Shown: piece by piece, positions 27,955 to 42,020 of the stretch
Layout: each line of letters starts with the position of its first letter
Position numbering within the stretch: the first letter of the stretch is position 1
Origin: Eledone cirrhosa
Taxonomy: Eukaryota
Reading direction: 5' to 3'
NCBI GenBank assembly: GCA_964016885.1
Contig: OZ024754.1
Coordinates: 38,502,001 to 38,566,000, forward strand
DNA length: 64,000 nucleotides
Program-made: the position numbers and the translations under genes
Notes under the pieces: generated by a model
Databases searched by the model: none
The model's input: the letters and a program-made list of their open reading frames with translations, nothing else
Told to the model about the DNA's origin: nothing

Positions 27955-29810
27955 TATATATATCTTTATTTTCATCATTTCGGGGCGGTGGATTGGCAGT
28001 ATCGGTAGAGGGTCAGACACCATGTTTTCCAGCATAGTTACGTCCCTTTACGATCTGAGTTCAAATCCCGCCGAGGTTGACTTTGCCTTTCATCCTTACG
28101 GGGTCGATAAAATAGAGTACCAGTAATGCACTGGGTAATTGCTGGCCTTGTGCCAAAAAGTAGAAACAATTATTTTCATCATTTCGGGGCGGTGGATTGG
28201 CAGTATCGGTAGAGGGTCAGACACCATGTTTTCCAGCATAGTTACGTCCCTTTACGATCTGAGTTCAAATCCCGCCGAGGTTGACTTTGCCTTTCATCCT
28301 TACGGGGTCGATAAAATAAAGTACCAGTAATGCACTGGGTAATTGCTGGCCTTGTGCCTAAAGTAGAAACAATTATTTTCATCATTTCATTTTACGTCCG
28401 CTTTTCCCTGCTTGCAAGGGTGGGACGGGAACTGATTCTGGCTTGATTTCTACAGCTGGATGCCCTTCCTAACACCAACCTCATTTACAGTGAGTGCTGG
28501 GCGCTTTTTTGCCGTGGCACCTCCTTGACCACTTTGCATTGGAATGATAGGGACCTCAGTCCCTATCATCTCATTTCTACAGCTGAGTAAACTGGAGCAA
28601 GTATGCATGTATGGTGTAGCCTTCTGTGTGTGTGTTTATGCATGTGTGTATGTGTGTATGTATGGTGCATCCATGTGCGTATATGTATGTCTATATGTGT
28701 ATATATGTTTGTGTGTAGACGTGTCTGCGTTATTGTGGTGTTGTTGACATGAATTGCAGATTCTAATTTTCCATTGCATAGTAAACATTCCTTTGCTGTG
28801 TACATGCTTAGTTGTTAACTCTGTGTGTATATAGATGTGTGTGTGTGTATATATATATATGTTTAGTTGTAAGTTAACTCTGTGTGTATATAGATGTGTG
28901 TGTGTGTGTATATATATATATGTTTAGTTGTAAGTTAACTCTGTGTGTATATAGATGTGTGTGTGTGTGTGTGTGTATATATATGTTTAGTTGTAAGTTA
29001 ACTCTGTGTGTATATATAGATGTGTGTGTGTATATAGATGTGTGTGTATTTATGTGTGTGTGTGTATAGATGTGTATGTATGTGTGTATATAGATGTGTG
29101 TGTTATGTGTGTGTGTGTATAGATGTGTGTATATGTATGTGTGTGTGTGTATATGTATGTATATGTGTGTGTGTATACGTGTATATGTGTGTGTGTGTCT
29201 GAGAGTGTTATATGTATGTGTGTGTGTGTCTGAGTATGTATATATATGTGTTAGTGTGTATGTGAATGTATGCCTATCTCTCTCTCTCTCTGTGTGTTTG
29301 TATGTAGTGTGTGTGTATGTATGTATGTATGTAGTGTATATATATGTATGTATTTATGTGTGTATTCCTCGTACATATTTATCGATTCAAACTTAATTAT
29401 CTCCCGATTACATTCACACTGACATTATCTTCATATTTCATTGTATTGTGGCTCCCTCTCTCTCCCCCTCTCTCCCTCTTTCTCTTCTCTGTCTGTACAC
29501 ACACACACACACATACACATATATACACACACACGCACACATATATATATATATATATATATACACGCACACATACACACACACATACACACACACATAC
29601 ACATATATATACACACATACACACACACACACACACACATTCACACATCTATATATATACACACACACACATTCACACATCTATATATATACACACACAC
29701 ATACACATACACACACTCACACATACACATACACACATATATGTATACCTCTTTCTATTTCACTCTCTTTCATTCGATTTCTCTCACTTTCTCTCTCCCA
29801 TACTATTTCA

Positions 29811-29859
<49 letters not shown>

Positions 29860-31740
29860 TCTCTTTCTCTCTCTCTCCATCTCTCTTTCTCTCTCTCTCT
29901 CTCTCTCTCCAACTCTCTCTCTCTCTCCCTCTCTCCCTCTCCATCTCTCTCTCTCTCTTTCTCTCACCCCATCTCTCTCTCTCTCTCTCTTTCTCTCACC
30001 CCATCTCTCTCTCTTTCTCTCTCCCCATCTCTCTCTCCATCTCTCTCTCCATCTCTCTCCCCATCTCTCTCTCCCCATCTCTCTCTCCCCATCTCTCACT
30101 CCCCATCTCTCTCTCTCCACTTCTCTCTCTCTCCACCTCTCTCTCCATCTCTCTCTCTCTCCATCTTTCCATCTCTCTCTCTCTCTCTCTCTCCTGTATG
30201 GGTTGAAATCTGGTGCTGATCCCTGGTACACCAAGGGAAGCACAGCTGGACAACTGTAGCAGTGGTAATAGTAATGATAGTAGTTGTAGTTGTAGTAGTT
30301 GTTAGCCTTCTTTATTTCCTTTTTCTTAACCCTTTAGCATTTATATTACTTTATATATATACTATTATATTTTCACAGTAAAGGCTTTATTTCACATAAT
30401 TATCTCTCTCACATAATATCAAATCTATGAGATTTTGATAATATTTATTTTGAGAACAATACCTTAACATCAGTATGAGCGGTCAGTTACAGCTGATTTG
30501 AACAGAAAGAGGTGAGAAATTTCTAGCCAGATATGGCTGGTTTCAATGCTAAAGGCTTAAAGGAAGACTAAACAGATTAAATGGTACATCTTCTTTAGTT
30601 CCTTTTGATTCCTATGGAATGACTTCTGTCATTTCTGTAGCAATTTTTGATTAACCCTTTAGCAATCACATTACTCTATATATACTGTTATATTTTCATG
30701 GTAAAGGCTTTATCTCACATAATTATCTCACATAACAATCACATTACTCTATATATACTGTTATATTTTCATGGTAAAGGCTTTATCTCACATAATTATC
30801 TCACATAACAATCACATTACTCTATATATACTATTATATTTTCATGGTAAAGGCTTTATCTCACATAATTATCTCACATAACAATCACATTACTTTATAT
30901 ATACTGTTATATTTTCATGGTAAAGGCTTTATCGCGCATAATTATCTCACATAATATTGAATCTATGAGATTTTGAAAGTATTTATTTTGAGAACAATAC
31001 CTTAACATCAGTTTGTGCGACCAGTTACAACCAGTTTCAACAGAAAGAGGTAGAGAATTCTGGCCGGTTTTGGCCGGTTTGAACATTAAAGGGTTAATAG
31101 AGGAAAGGTTGCTCGCCTCATGCTCCATTTCTCCTCCCTTCTCATTTAAATATTAATCTATGATAAAATGAAGCAATGAGAAAAATAAAATAAAGGCAAT
31201 TTATTATATACCTCATAGGACAGTGGATTGGGTGTATTGGTAGAGGGTTGGACGCCATGCTTTTCGGCATAGAGTTACGGCCCTTTATGGTCTGAGTTCA
31301 AATCCAGCCATGGTTAACTTTGCCTATCATCTTTACGAGGTCGATAAAATAAAGTACCAGTAATGCACTGGATAATTGCTGACCTTGTGCCAAAAGTAGA
31401 AACAATTATTTTCTCTCATATCCCAGTTAATCCTTTAGCATTTAAACCAGCCATATCCAGCCAGAATTCTCTCACTTCTTTCTGTTCAAACTGGCCATAA
31501 CCGGTTGCTCATACTTATGTTAAGTATTGTTCTCAAAATAAATAATATCAAAATCTCATAGATTTGATATCATGTGAGATAATTGTAAGATTTACTACAA
31601 AAATACAATAGTATATATAGAGCAATGTAAAAACTAAGGGGTTAAAATAAAATGCAGACAATTTATTATATATCTCGGATCCCTGTTAAGTTATATTTGT
31701 TCAACTCTGTGTCATAGCAACATATTTCGAGGTTATTATT

Positions 31741-31930
31741 GGTGGATTGGCAGTATCAGTAGAGAGTCGGACGCCATGCTTTGAAGCATAGAGTTACGGC
31801 CCTTGCTATTCTGAGTTCAAATCCCGCCAAGGTCAACTTTGCCTTTCATCCTTACGGGGTCGATAAAATAAAGTACCAGTAATTAACTGGGTAATTGCTG
31901 GCCTTGTGCCTAAAGTAAAAACAATTATTA
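31741..31930 (+). mobile_element. tRNA-derived SINE family A (about 190 bp), representative copy
   Basis: A-box TGGCAGTATC(G/A)G, B-box GAGTTCAAATCC, middle GCCTTTCATCCTTACGGGGTCGATAAAATAAAGTACCAG (recalled as Meta-domain-like) and an (ATT)n tail. About 20 copies or fragments, e.g. 3318-3530(-), 8895-9080(-), 9355-9545, 18890-19555(-), 21262-21425(-), 27985-28378, 31222-31410, 37150-37392(-), 42220-42415(-), 59228-59645, 62728-63095. Confidence 0.85.
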
Positions 31931-32182
31931 TTATTTCTACACATGCTTTGCAACATAGTTACGGCCTGAGTTCAAATCCCGCCGAGGTTAACTTTGCCTT
32001 TCATCCTTACGGGGTGGATAAAATAATGTCTTTCATTAAAAATTTAGTAACAAATGGGAAAGGTTAAAGATGGGTGTAGGGTTTGTCCTAGGAAATTTGA
32101 CTGGTCACTGCAGGACACAGGATTGTACAGAAATATTTTTTGCTGATGTAACTGTTATGTATTTTGGTTCTTGTTATGGTAA

Positions 32183-35100
32183 TTAACCCTTCCATTACCA
32201 TATTTCTAATGTAAGACACTGTCTGACATTAACCCTTCCATTACCATATTTCTAAAGAAAGACACTGCCTATGACATTAACCCTTCCATTACCATATTTC
32301 TAAAGAAAGACACTGCCTATGACATTAACCCTTCCATTACCATATTTCTAAAGAAAGACACTGCCTATGACATTAACCCTTCCATTACCATATTTCTAAA
32401 GAAAGACACTGCCTATGACATTAACCCTTCCATTACCATATTTCTAAAGAAAGACACTGCCTATGACATTAACCCTTCCATTACCATATTTCTAATGAAA
32501 GACACTGTCTATGACATTAACCCTTTCATTACCATATTTCTAATGTAAGACACTGTCTATGACATTAACCCATTCATTACTATATTTCTAATGCAAGACA
32601 CTGTCTATGACATTAACCCTTTCATTACTATATTTCTAATGTAAGACACTGTCTATGACATTAACCCTTTCATTACTATATTTCTAATGTAAGACACTGT
32701 CTATGACATTAACCCTTTCATTACTATATTTCTAATGTAAGACACTGTCTATGACATTAACCCTTTCATTACCATATTTCTAATGTAAGACACTGTCTAT
32801 GACATTAACCCTTTCATTACCATATTTCTAATGTAAGACACTGTCTATGACATTAACCCTTTCATTATCATATTTCTAATGAAAGACACTGTCTATGACA
32901 TTAACCCTTTCATTACTATATTTCTAATGTAAGACACTGTCTATGACATTAACCCTTTCATTACCATATTTCTAATGTAAGACACTGTCTATGACATTAA
33001 CCCTTTCATTATCATATTTCTAATGAAAGACACTGTCTATGACATTAACCCTTTCATTATCATATTTCTAATGTAAGACACTGTCTATGACATTAACCCT
33101 TTCATTATCATATTTCTAATGAAAGACACTGTCTATGACATTAACCCTTTCATTATCATATTTCTAATGTAAGACACTGTCTATGACATTAACCCTTTCA
33201 TTATCATATTTCTAATGAAAGACACTGTCTATGACATTAACCCTTTCATTATCATATTTCTAATGAAAGACACTGCCTATGACATTAACCCTTCCATTAC
33301 CATATTTCTAATGAAAGACACTGCCTATGACATTAACCCTTCCATTACCATATTTCTAATGCAAGGCACTGTCTATGACATTAACCCTTTCATTACCATA
33401 TTTCTAATGAAAGACACTGTCTATGTCATTAAACCTTCCATTATCATATTTCTAATGAAAGACACTGTCTATGACATTAACCCTTTCATTACCATATTTC
33501 TAATGAAAGACACTGCCTATGACATTAACCCTTTCATTATCATATTTCTAATGAAAGACACTGCCTATGACATTAACCCTTTCATTATCATATTTCTAAT
33601 GAAAGACACTGCCTATGACATTAACCCTTCCATTACCATATTTCTAATGAAAGAGACAGTCTATGACATTAACCCTTCCATTACCATATTTCTAATGAAA
33701 GACACTGCCTATGACATTAACCCTTCCATTACCATATTTCTAATGCAAGGCACTGTCTATGACATTAACCCTTTCATTACCATATTTCTAATGAAAGACA
33801 CTGTCTATGTCATTAAACCTTCCATTATCATATTTCTAATGAAAGACACTGCCTATGACATTAACCCTTTCATTATCATATTTCTAATGAAAGACACTGT
33901 CTATGACATTAACCCTTCCATTATCATATTTCTAAAGAAAGACACTGCCTATGACATTAACCCTTCCATTACCATATTTCTAATGAAAGACACTGTCTAT
34001 GACATTAACCCTTTCATTATCATATTTCTAAAGAAAGACACTGTCTATGTCATTAACCCTTCCATTATCATATTTCTAAAGAAAGACACTGCCTATGACA
34101 TTAACCCTTCCATTACCATATTTCTAATGAAAGACACTGTCTATGACATTAACCCTTTCATTACCATATTTCTAATGAAAGACACTGTCTATGTCATTAA
34201 ACCTTCCATTATCATATTTCTAATGAAAGACACTGTCTATGACATTAACCCTTTCATTATCATATTTCTAATGAAAGACACTGCCTATGACATTAACCCT
34301 TTCATTATATTTCTAATGAAAGACACTGCCTATGACGTTAACCCTTTCATTATCATATTTCTAATGAAAGACACTGCCTATGACATTAACCCTTCCATTA
34401 CCATATTTCTAATGAAAGAGACTGTCTATGTCATTAACCCTTTCATTACTATATTTCTAATGTAAGACACTGTCTATGACATTAACCCTTTCATTATCAT
34501 ATTTCTAATGAAAGACACTGCCTATGACATTAACCCTTTCATTATCATATTTCTAATGAAAGACACTGTCTATGACATTAACCCTTTCATTATCATATTT
34601 CTAATGAAAGACACTGTCTATGACATTAACCCTTCCATTACCATATTTCTAATGAAAGACACTGCCTATGACATTAACCCTTCCATTACCATATTTCTAA
34701 TGCAAGGCACTGTCTATGACATTAACCCTTTCATTACCATATTTCTAATGAAAGACACTGTCTATGTCATTAAACCTTCCATTATCATATTTCTAATGAA
34801 AGACACTGTCTATGACATTAACGCTTTCATTATCATATTTCTAATGAAAGACACTGTCTATGACATTAACCCTTCCATTATCATATTTCTAAAGAAAGAC
34901 ACTGTCTATGACATTAACCCTTCCATTATCATATTTCTAAAGAAAGACACTGTCTATGACATTAACCCTTTCATTACTATATTTCTAATGAAAGACACTG
35001 TCTATGACATTAACCCTTCCATTATCATATTTCTAAAGAAAGACACTGTCTATGACATTAACCCTTTCATTACTATATTTCTAATGTAAGACACTCTATG

Positions 35101-35294
35101 ACATTAACCCTTTCATTACCATATTTCTAAAGAAAGACACTGCCTATGACATTAACCCTTCCATTATCATATTTCTAATGAAAGACACTGTCTATGACAT
35201 TAACCCTTTCATTATCATATTTCTAAAGAAAGACACTGTCTATGACATTAACCCTTCCATTACCATATTTCTAATGCAAGGCACTGACTATGAT
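32183..35294. repeat. 48-bp minisatellite (about 65 copies) derived from a piggyBac-type MITE terminus
   Basis: Unit TTAACCCTTTCATTACCATATTTCTAATGAAAGACACTGTCTATGACA matches the reverse complement of 61503-61542. Confidence 0.9.
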
Positions 35295-35773
35295 TTTCAA
35301 ATAATTTTGAGAATGATCAAGAATTTGAAGGGATTTGGTAATATAAATAACTTTTCATTATCAAGTTAGTGTTTGGAACACAACATAACAAAGGTTCTTA
35401 TATATAAAAATAGGATGCAAAGTTTTCAGATAAATTTAAACACCCTTGCAAGCAGGGAAAAGCAGCTGTAAAATGATGATGATGATGATGATGATAAAAT
35501 AAACAGCTTTGGTTCATAGAAAGAGGAGCGGTTTCAGATGGTTTGATATAGTAACTGCTATATACAGAAAAGATTTAACTACATTCCCTGCATCACTCAG
35601 TATAGTAACTGCTATATACAGAATGACATAATGTAATGACCCAGCAATTTACAGAGGAAACCTGTGATTTCTCTGTCTACTTCCCTCTACTGTCTGACCA
35701 ATTTTCTAAAGTCTGCTTTAACTGTATTGCACAAGCTCTCCTGATATACATATATATAGCACAAGCTCTCCTG

Positions 35774-35825
<52 letters not shown>

Positions 35826-35834
35826 TTTCATTTT

Positions 35835-36168
35835 TCATCATTTCATTTTTCGTCCGCTTTTTCCCTGCTTGCAAGGGTGGGACGGGAACTGGTTCTGGCT
35901 TGATTTCTACAGCTGGATGCCCTTCCTAACACCAACCTCATTTACAGTGAGTGCTGGGTGCTTTTTTGCCGTGGCACCTCCACGACCACTTTGTAGTGGA
36001 ATGATAGGGACCCCAGTCCCTATCATCTCATTTCTACAGCTGAGTAAACTGGAGCAATGTGAAATAAAGTGTCTTGCTCAAGGAAACAACACATCACCCG
36101 GTCTGAGAATTGAACTTACAACCTTTCGATTGCAAGCCCAATGCTCTAACCACTAAGCCATGTGCCTC
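35835..36168 (-). mobile_element. SINE family B full copy
   Basis: Near-identical reverse complement of 63603-63944. Confidence 0.85.
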
Positions 36169-36974
36169 TCTTCTATCCCAATGTCATCTTCAGAGATTCT
36201 GGTATTGAAATGCAGGATTTGGCAATGGCAATGAATGCTAGACCACGTGGAGATCAATTGTTGAGTTGATTTCGGCTGAGGCCACAGGATGATGATGAAT
36301 ACTTGGAAGCACGTGGCCTAGTAGTAAGGGTGTTGGACTTACGACCATAACGTTGTGGGTTCAATCCCTGGACTGTGTTGTGATATATTTGGTGTTAGGA
36401 AGGGCATCCAGCCATAGAAAACCTGCCAGATAGTCCTATATGAGCGAGACACGGTCACCCGACCAACCTTGCCTCAAGTCGGACAACTCCCGTCTAACCC
36501 ATGCTAGCATGGAAAGTGGACGTTAAACGAGGATGATGATGATATATATGCAATCGAAAGGTTGTGAGTTCAATTCTCGGACCGGGTGATGTGTTGTTTC
36601 CTTGAGCAAGACACTTTATTTCACATTGCTCCAGTTTACTCAGCTGTAGAAATGAGATGATAGGGACTGGGGTCCCTATCATTCCACTGCAAAGTGGACG
36701 TGGAGGTGCCACTGCAAAAAAGCACCTAGCACTCACTGTAAAGTGGACGTGTAGGCGCCACGGAAAAAAAGCACCCAGCACTCAATGTAAATGAGGTTGG
36801 TGTTAGGAAGGGCATCCAGCTGTAGAAATCAAGCCAGAATCAGTTCCCGTCCCACCCTTGCAAGCAGGGAAAAGCGGACATAAAATGATGATGATGATGA
36901 TGATATAAAGTTTAATATGGAAATAGCTTCTGCCTTACTAACTGTGGTTACCCCCGATTGAATCCAGGACTCGA

Positions 36975-37047
<73 letters not shown>

Positions 37048-37414
37048 AATCAAGATGTTGGAGAAAATTTGTTAGGAATGACGCTGGCGCTTTTAGCACT
37101 ATTGATATCCAAAAGAAAGAGGCCTGGAAATGTTACTATGAGAAATTATATATAATTGTTTCTACTTTTGGCACAAGGCCAGCAATTACCCAGTGTATTA
37201 CTGGTACTTTATATATAATTGTTTCTATTTTAGGCACAAGGCCATCAATTATCCAGTACATTACTGGTACTTTATTTTATCGACCCCATAAGGATGAAAG
37301 GCAAAGTTAACCTTGGCGGGATTTGAACTCAGACTGTAAAGGGACGTAACTATGCTGGAAAGCATGGCGTCCGACCCTCTACCGATACTGCCTGGTACTT
37401 TATATATAATACAC

Positions 37415-38045
37415 AACAGTCATACTCAGTGACTGGTACAGCAGTACAATCATAAATTGCTACAAGGGCAAAGGTGATGCTCTAGAAAGAAGCAACTACA
37501 GAGGAACAGAACTAATGGATCAAGTTACGAAAGTGACAGAAAGAGTTATAGTGCAGTTAATTAGGCAAAGAGTCAAATTAGATGAGATGCAGTTTAGTTT
37601 CATATATACACATACTCAACCACACAAGTGTGTAGATTACAGTGTGTAGAATGGAGAGAAATGTAGCTACCATGCTTCGTTGGATGTGCAATGTAAGTGT
37701 GAGAGAAAGGCAGAGCTTGGACGGGCTGAGGGAGAAGCTGGGTTTAAGAGGATGCTGAGGTGGTGTGCAGATGAGAAGACTATGCTGGTACGGATATGTG
37801 ATGCATATGAATGATGATCAGTGGGCAAAGAAATGCCAGCAAATCCCAGTGGAAAGAAGCCGCAGTAGAGGTAGACCCAGAAAGACCCAGGCAGAGGTTG
37901 TGAGAGCTGACTTCAAATTGCTGAGACTCACAGAGGAGATGACAAAGAAACACGACGAGTGGAGAGATGCTGTGCTGTGAGGGACCCGTCCAACCCATGC
38001 CGGCGTGGAAGAACAGCCGCAAAAACAACGATGATGATGATGATA
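37415..38045 (+). mobile_element. Degenerate, internally deleted RTE LINE
   Basis: 37415-37600 reads as the RT N-part (CYKGKGDALERSNYRG..DEMQFSF). 37650-38045 reads RRLCWYGYVM..RGRPRKT followed by a (GAT)n tail. Confidence 0.8.
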
Positions 38046-38254
38046 TGTAACTGGTATACTGTTGGTCAACACACATGCACACACACACACATATACACAC
38101 ACTCTCTGGCACATACACACACACACACACACACACTGACATGTGCATAGATATACAGGTACACACACTTCACCTGCAATAAAGCTGAACTCAACCACAA
38201 AAAAAAAAAATCTATTCTGTTTCTGGTGCAGAGAAATATTAAATGTCGCTTGAT

Positions 38255-39010
38255 GTTGATGGTAGCGATGGTTGTAATGATGATGATGATGATTGCAGTG
38301 GTGTTGGTGGTGGCTATTATGACAGTAGCGGTGTTAGAGGCTATAATAATGATGGTGGTGGTGGTGTTAGTGGCTATAATAATAATGGTGGTGGTGTTAG
38401 TGGCTATAATGATGGTGGTGGTGTTGGTGGTGGTGGTGTTAGTGGCTATAATAATGATGATGGTGGTGGTGGTGGTGTTAGTGGCTATGATGGTGGTGGT
38501 GGTGGTGGTGGTGTTAGTGGTTATGATGATGGTGGTGGTGGTGGTGTTAGTGGCTATGATAATGATGATGATGGTGGTGGTGGTGTTAGTGGCTATAGTG
38601 GTGGTGGTGGTAGTGGATATGGTGGTGGTGGTGGTGGTGTGTTATTGGCTATAATGATGATGGTGGTGGTGGTGGTGTTAGTGGTTATGATAATGATGGT
38701 GGTGGTGTTAGTGGCTATGATAATGATGATGATGGTGGTGGTGGTGTTAGTGGCTATAATGATGATGGTGGTGTTAGTGGATATGATGGTGGTGGTGGTG
38801 GTGTTAGTGGCTATAATGATGATGGTGGTGGTGTTAGTGGTTATGATAATGATGGTGGTGGTGGCTATGATAATGATGATGGTGGTGGTGGTGTTAGTGG
38901 CTATAATGATGATGGTGGTGGTGTTAGTGGTTATAATAATGATGGTGGTGGTGGTGGTGTTAGTTGCTATGATGATGATGATGATGGTGGTGGAAATGGT
39001 AATAGTAATG
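38255..39010. repeat. GGT/GAT-based minisatellite (GTGTTAGTGGCTAT..)
   Basis: Direct inspection. Confidence 0.9.
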
Positions 39011-39531
39011 TTGTTGTTTCTAACCCCCTGTACCCCTGCCCTGCCGTAGAGTTACTTGAATTACTTGTTAGGTTGGTAATCAGTTGTGTTTACTGACCCA
39101 CACAGGTTGTGTCGACTAAAAGCAAAGTGTCTGTTGATGTAAAATAAGAAGAGACAAAACAAATGATACTGCTCTTAGAAATCAACATTTAAACACAGAT
39201 ATTGATCGACACATTTTTTTTGTCTTTTCTTTCACGTTCTCTCTCACTCTCTTTCCATCCATTTGCCTGTCTGATTTCAGGAAAATCATAGCTTGCTTTC
39301 CTCTATATATTTAACAAAGCTGCAACTTTAATTCTTTTCATTCTGTACCACATGAAACCACATTAGCAAGATGTTCTTGGATAGTACAAAACAACACTAT
39401 GACTGCGTTACATTATATAAAGTCTTTGCTTTAATTTACTGCGAATTTTCACAATGTTCTGCTCACTAGTAAAGACACTAAACATATTACAAATGTAAGA
39501 AACCACATTAGCAAGATGTTCTTGGAAAGTA

Positions 39532-40136
39532 TTAGGCTGGGCAGAAAGTTCTCAGTTTTTCAAAAGGAGGTATTTTGGTAAAGTTTTCTGGAAATGTTGA
39601 AGGTTGCGTATCATCACATATGTAAGAAGTGACATTGGTATGCACTATGTGCATTTCTCATTTTCTGTTATGCTGTCAAATAGAAAGCAGCATGGATCTA
39701 TCCAAATCATTTATTTGTGGTTGTCTATTTTATGACTTCATATCTGGCCTAAGAGCAGCAGTACTGAGTTGTCACATTCACCCTGTAGCATTTGAACCGG
39801 CCATATCCAGCCAGAATCCTCTCACCTCTTTCTGTTCAAACCAGCCATAACTAGTCACTCATACTTATGTTAAGGTATTGGTCTCAAAATAAATAACATC
39901 AAAATCTTGTAGATTTGATATTATGTGAGATAATCATGTGAGGTAAAGATTTTATCGTGAAAATACAATAGTATATATAGAGTAATGTAAATGCTAAAGG
40001 GTTAACAATGCATTTGGCTTACACACTGTCTGAATGCAGTGCCAGGGACTGGTTTGCACACCTCCGTACTGGTGATTACTGCCTTGAAGATCGAGCTCAT
40101 GCAGGACGTCCATCTGATTTCAATGATGAGCAATTG
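39532..40136 (+). mobile_element. Mariner (Hsmar1/cecropia-like) fossil 5' end, split by a MITE
   Basis: TA followed by a TTAGGCTGGGCAGAAAGT TIR-like start. Removing the MITE restores MDLSKSFICGCLFYDFISGLRAA..HINNAFG..SECSARDWFAHLRTGDYCLEDRAHAGRPSDFNDEQL, a mariner HTH region. Confidence 0.8.
39781..40001 (-). mobile_element. piggyBac-type MITE inserted in the mariner fossil
   Basis: TTCA/TTAA target duplication. Same family as 5182-5391. Confidence 0.85.
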
Positions 40137-40654
40137 TATAAGTCTGGCCCAAGCCTTGAGGCTAAGCAGGCCAGTGTTTGTCCTGGTTTCATCATGACTG
40201 AGAGTACAAGATTTTCCTCTGGACAGGATGCCTGTCTGTTGCAGGATTAACCCCTCCAACCACTGCTGGTACTCATTTTCAGTTGAGTGTACTGAAATAA
40301 CATGAAATGAAGTGGTTTGCTCAAGAACACAATGTGCCACCCAATCAAGGAATCAAACCCATGACATTCTGATTGTTAATCCAACACTTTAACCACTAGG
40401 CCACGTGCATTCAGTAGTAAAGCATCTTCTAATTTAGTGTTCTAATGCACCAACTACCCTGTTGCCAATTGCTGCCAAAATGTTCATCAAATGAGGATTT
40501 AATAATTGTCTTAATAGTTTAAAATAGAAGCAAAGACAAAGGACAATGTCATTAATGTTGTTTACATCAGGAAAGCTAATGAGTTTTTATTTCATTTCAT
40601 TGTATTTTTGCAGAACCAAAACTGTTACAAAGCACATATTTTCCTGTCTTGATT

Positions 40655-42020
40655 TGGTCTATTGGTCCATGTATTAGTCTAGATATGTGTATTGGGTCTA
40701 TTGGTCCATGTATTAGTCTAGAGGTGTGTATTGGGGTTATTGGTCCATGTATTAGTCTAGAGGTGTGTATTGGGGTTATTGGTCCATGTATTAGTCTAGA
40801 GGTGTGTATTGGGGCTATTGGTCCATGTATTAGTCTAGATATGTGTATTGGGGCTATTGGTCCATGTATTAGTCTAGAGGTGTGTATTGGGGTTATTGGT
40901 CCATGTATTAGTCTAGAGGTGTGTATTGGGGCTATTGGTCCATGTATTAGTCTAGATATGTGTATTGGGGCTATTGGTCCATGTATTAGTCTAGAGGTGT
41001 GTATTGGGGTTATTGGTCCATGTATTAGTCTAGAGGTGTGTATTGGGGCTATTGGTCCATGTATTAGTCTAGATATGTGTATTGGGGTTATTGGTCCATG
41101 TATTAGTCTAGAGGTGTGTATTGGGGTTATTGGTCCATGTATTAGTCTAGAGGTGTGTATTGGGGTTATTGGTCCATGTATTAGTCTAGATATGTGTATT
41201 GGGGTTATTGGTCCATGTATTAGTCTAGATATGTGTATTGGGGTTATTGGTCCATGTATTAGTCTAGATATGTGTATTGGGGTTATTGGTCCATGTATTA
41301 GTCTAGAGGTGTGTATTGGGGCTATTGGTCCATGTATTAGTCTAGATATGTGTATTGGGGCTATTGGTCCATGTATTAGTCTAGATATGTGTATTGGGGC
41401 TATTGGTCCATGTATTAGTCTAGAGGTGTGTATTGGGGCTATTGGTCCATGTATTAGTCTAGATATGTGTATTGGGGCTATTGGTCCATGTATTAGTCTA
41501 GAGGTGTGTATTGGGTCTATTGGTCCATGTATTAGTCTAGAGGTGTGTATTGGGGCTATTGGTCCATGTATTAGTCTAGATATGTGTATTGGGGCTATTG
41601 GTCCATGTATTAGTCTAGAGGTATATATTGGGGTTATTGGTCCATGTATTAGTCTAGAGGTGTGTATTGGGGCTATTGGTCCATGTATTAGTCTAGAGGT
41701 GTGTATTGGGTCTATTGGTCCATGTATTAGTCTAGAGGTGTGTATTGGGGTTATTGGTCCATGTATTAGTCTAGAGGTATATATTGGGGTTATTGGTCCA
41801 TGTATTAGTCTAGAGGTGTGTATTGGGGCTATTGGTCCATGTATTAGTCTAGAGGTATATATTGGGGCTATTGGTCCATGTATTAGTCTAGAGGTATATA
41901 TTGGGGTTATTGGTCCATGTATTAGTCTAGAGGTGTGTATTGGGGTTATTGGTCCATGTATTAGTCTAGAGGTGTGTATTGGGGTTATTGGTCCATGTAT
42001 TAGTCTAGAGGTGTATGTTT
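40655..42020. repeat. 39-bp minisatellite (about 35 copies)
   Basis: Unit TATTGGTCCATGTATTAGTCTAGAGGTGTGTATTGGGGT. Confidence 0.95.

Noticed and set aside
33215-35369. Long 16-aa repeat ORFs (MKDTVYDINPFIIIFL)
   Set aside because: A 48-bp TE-derived satellite. Stop-containing variants (ATGTAA) are scattered through the array.
38243-39049. Gly/Tyr/Asp-rich ORF resembling structural proteins
   Set aside because: Shifts into the Met/Val frame midway and is a simple GGT/GAT repeat inside a PACS intron.
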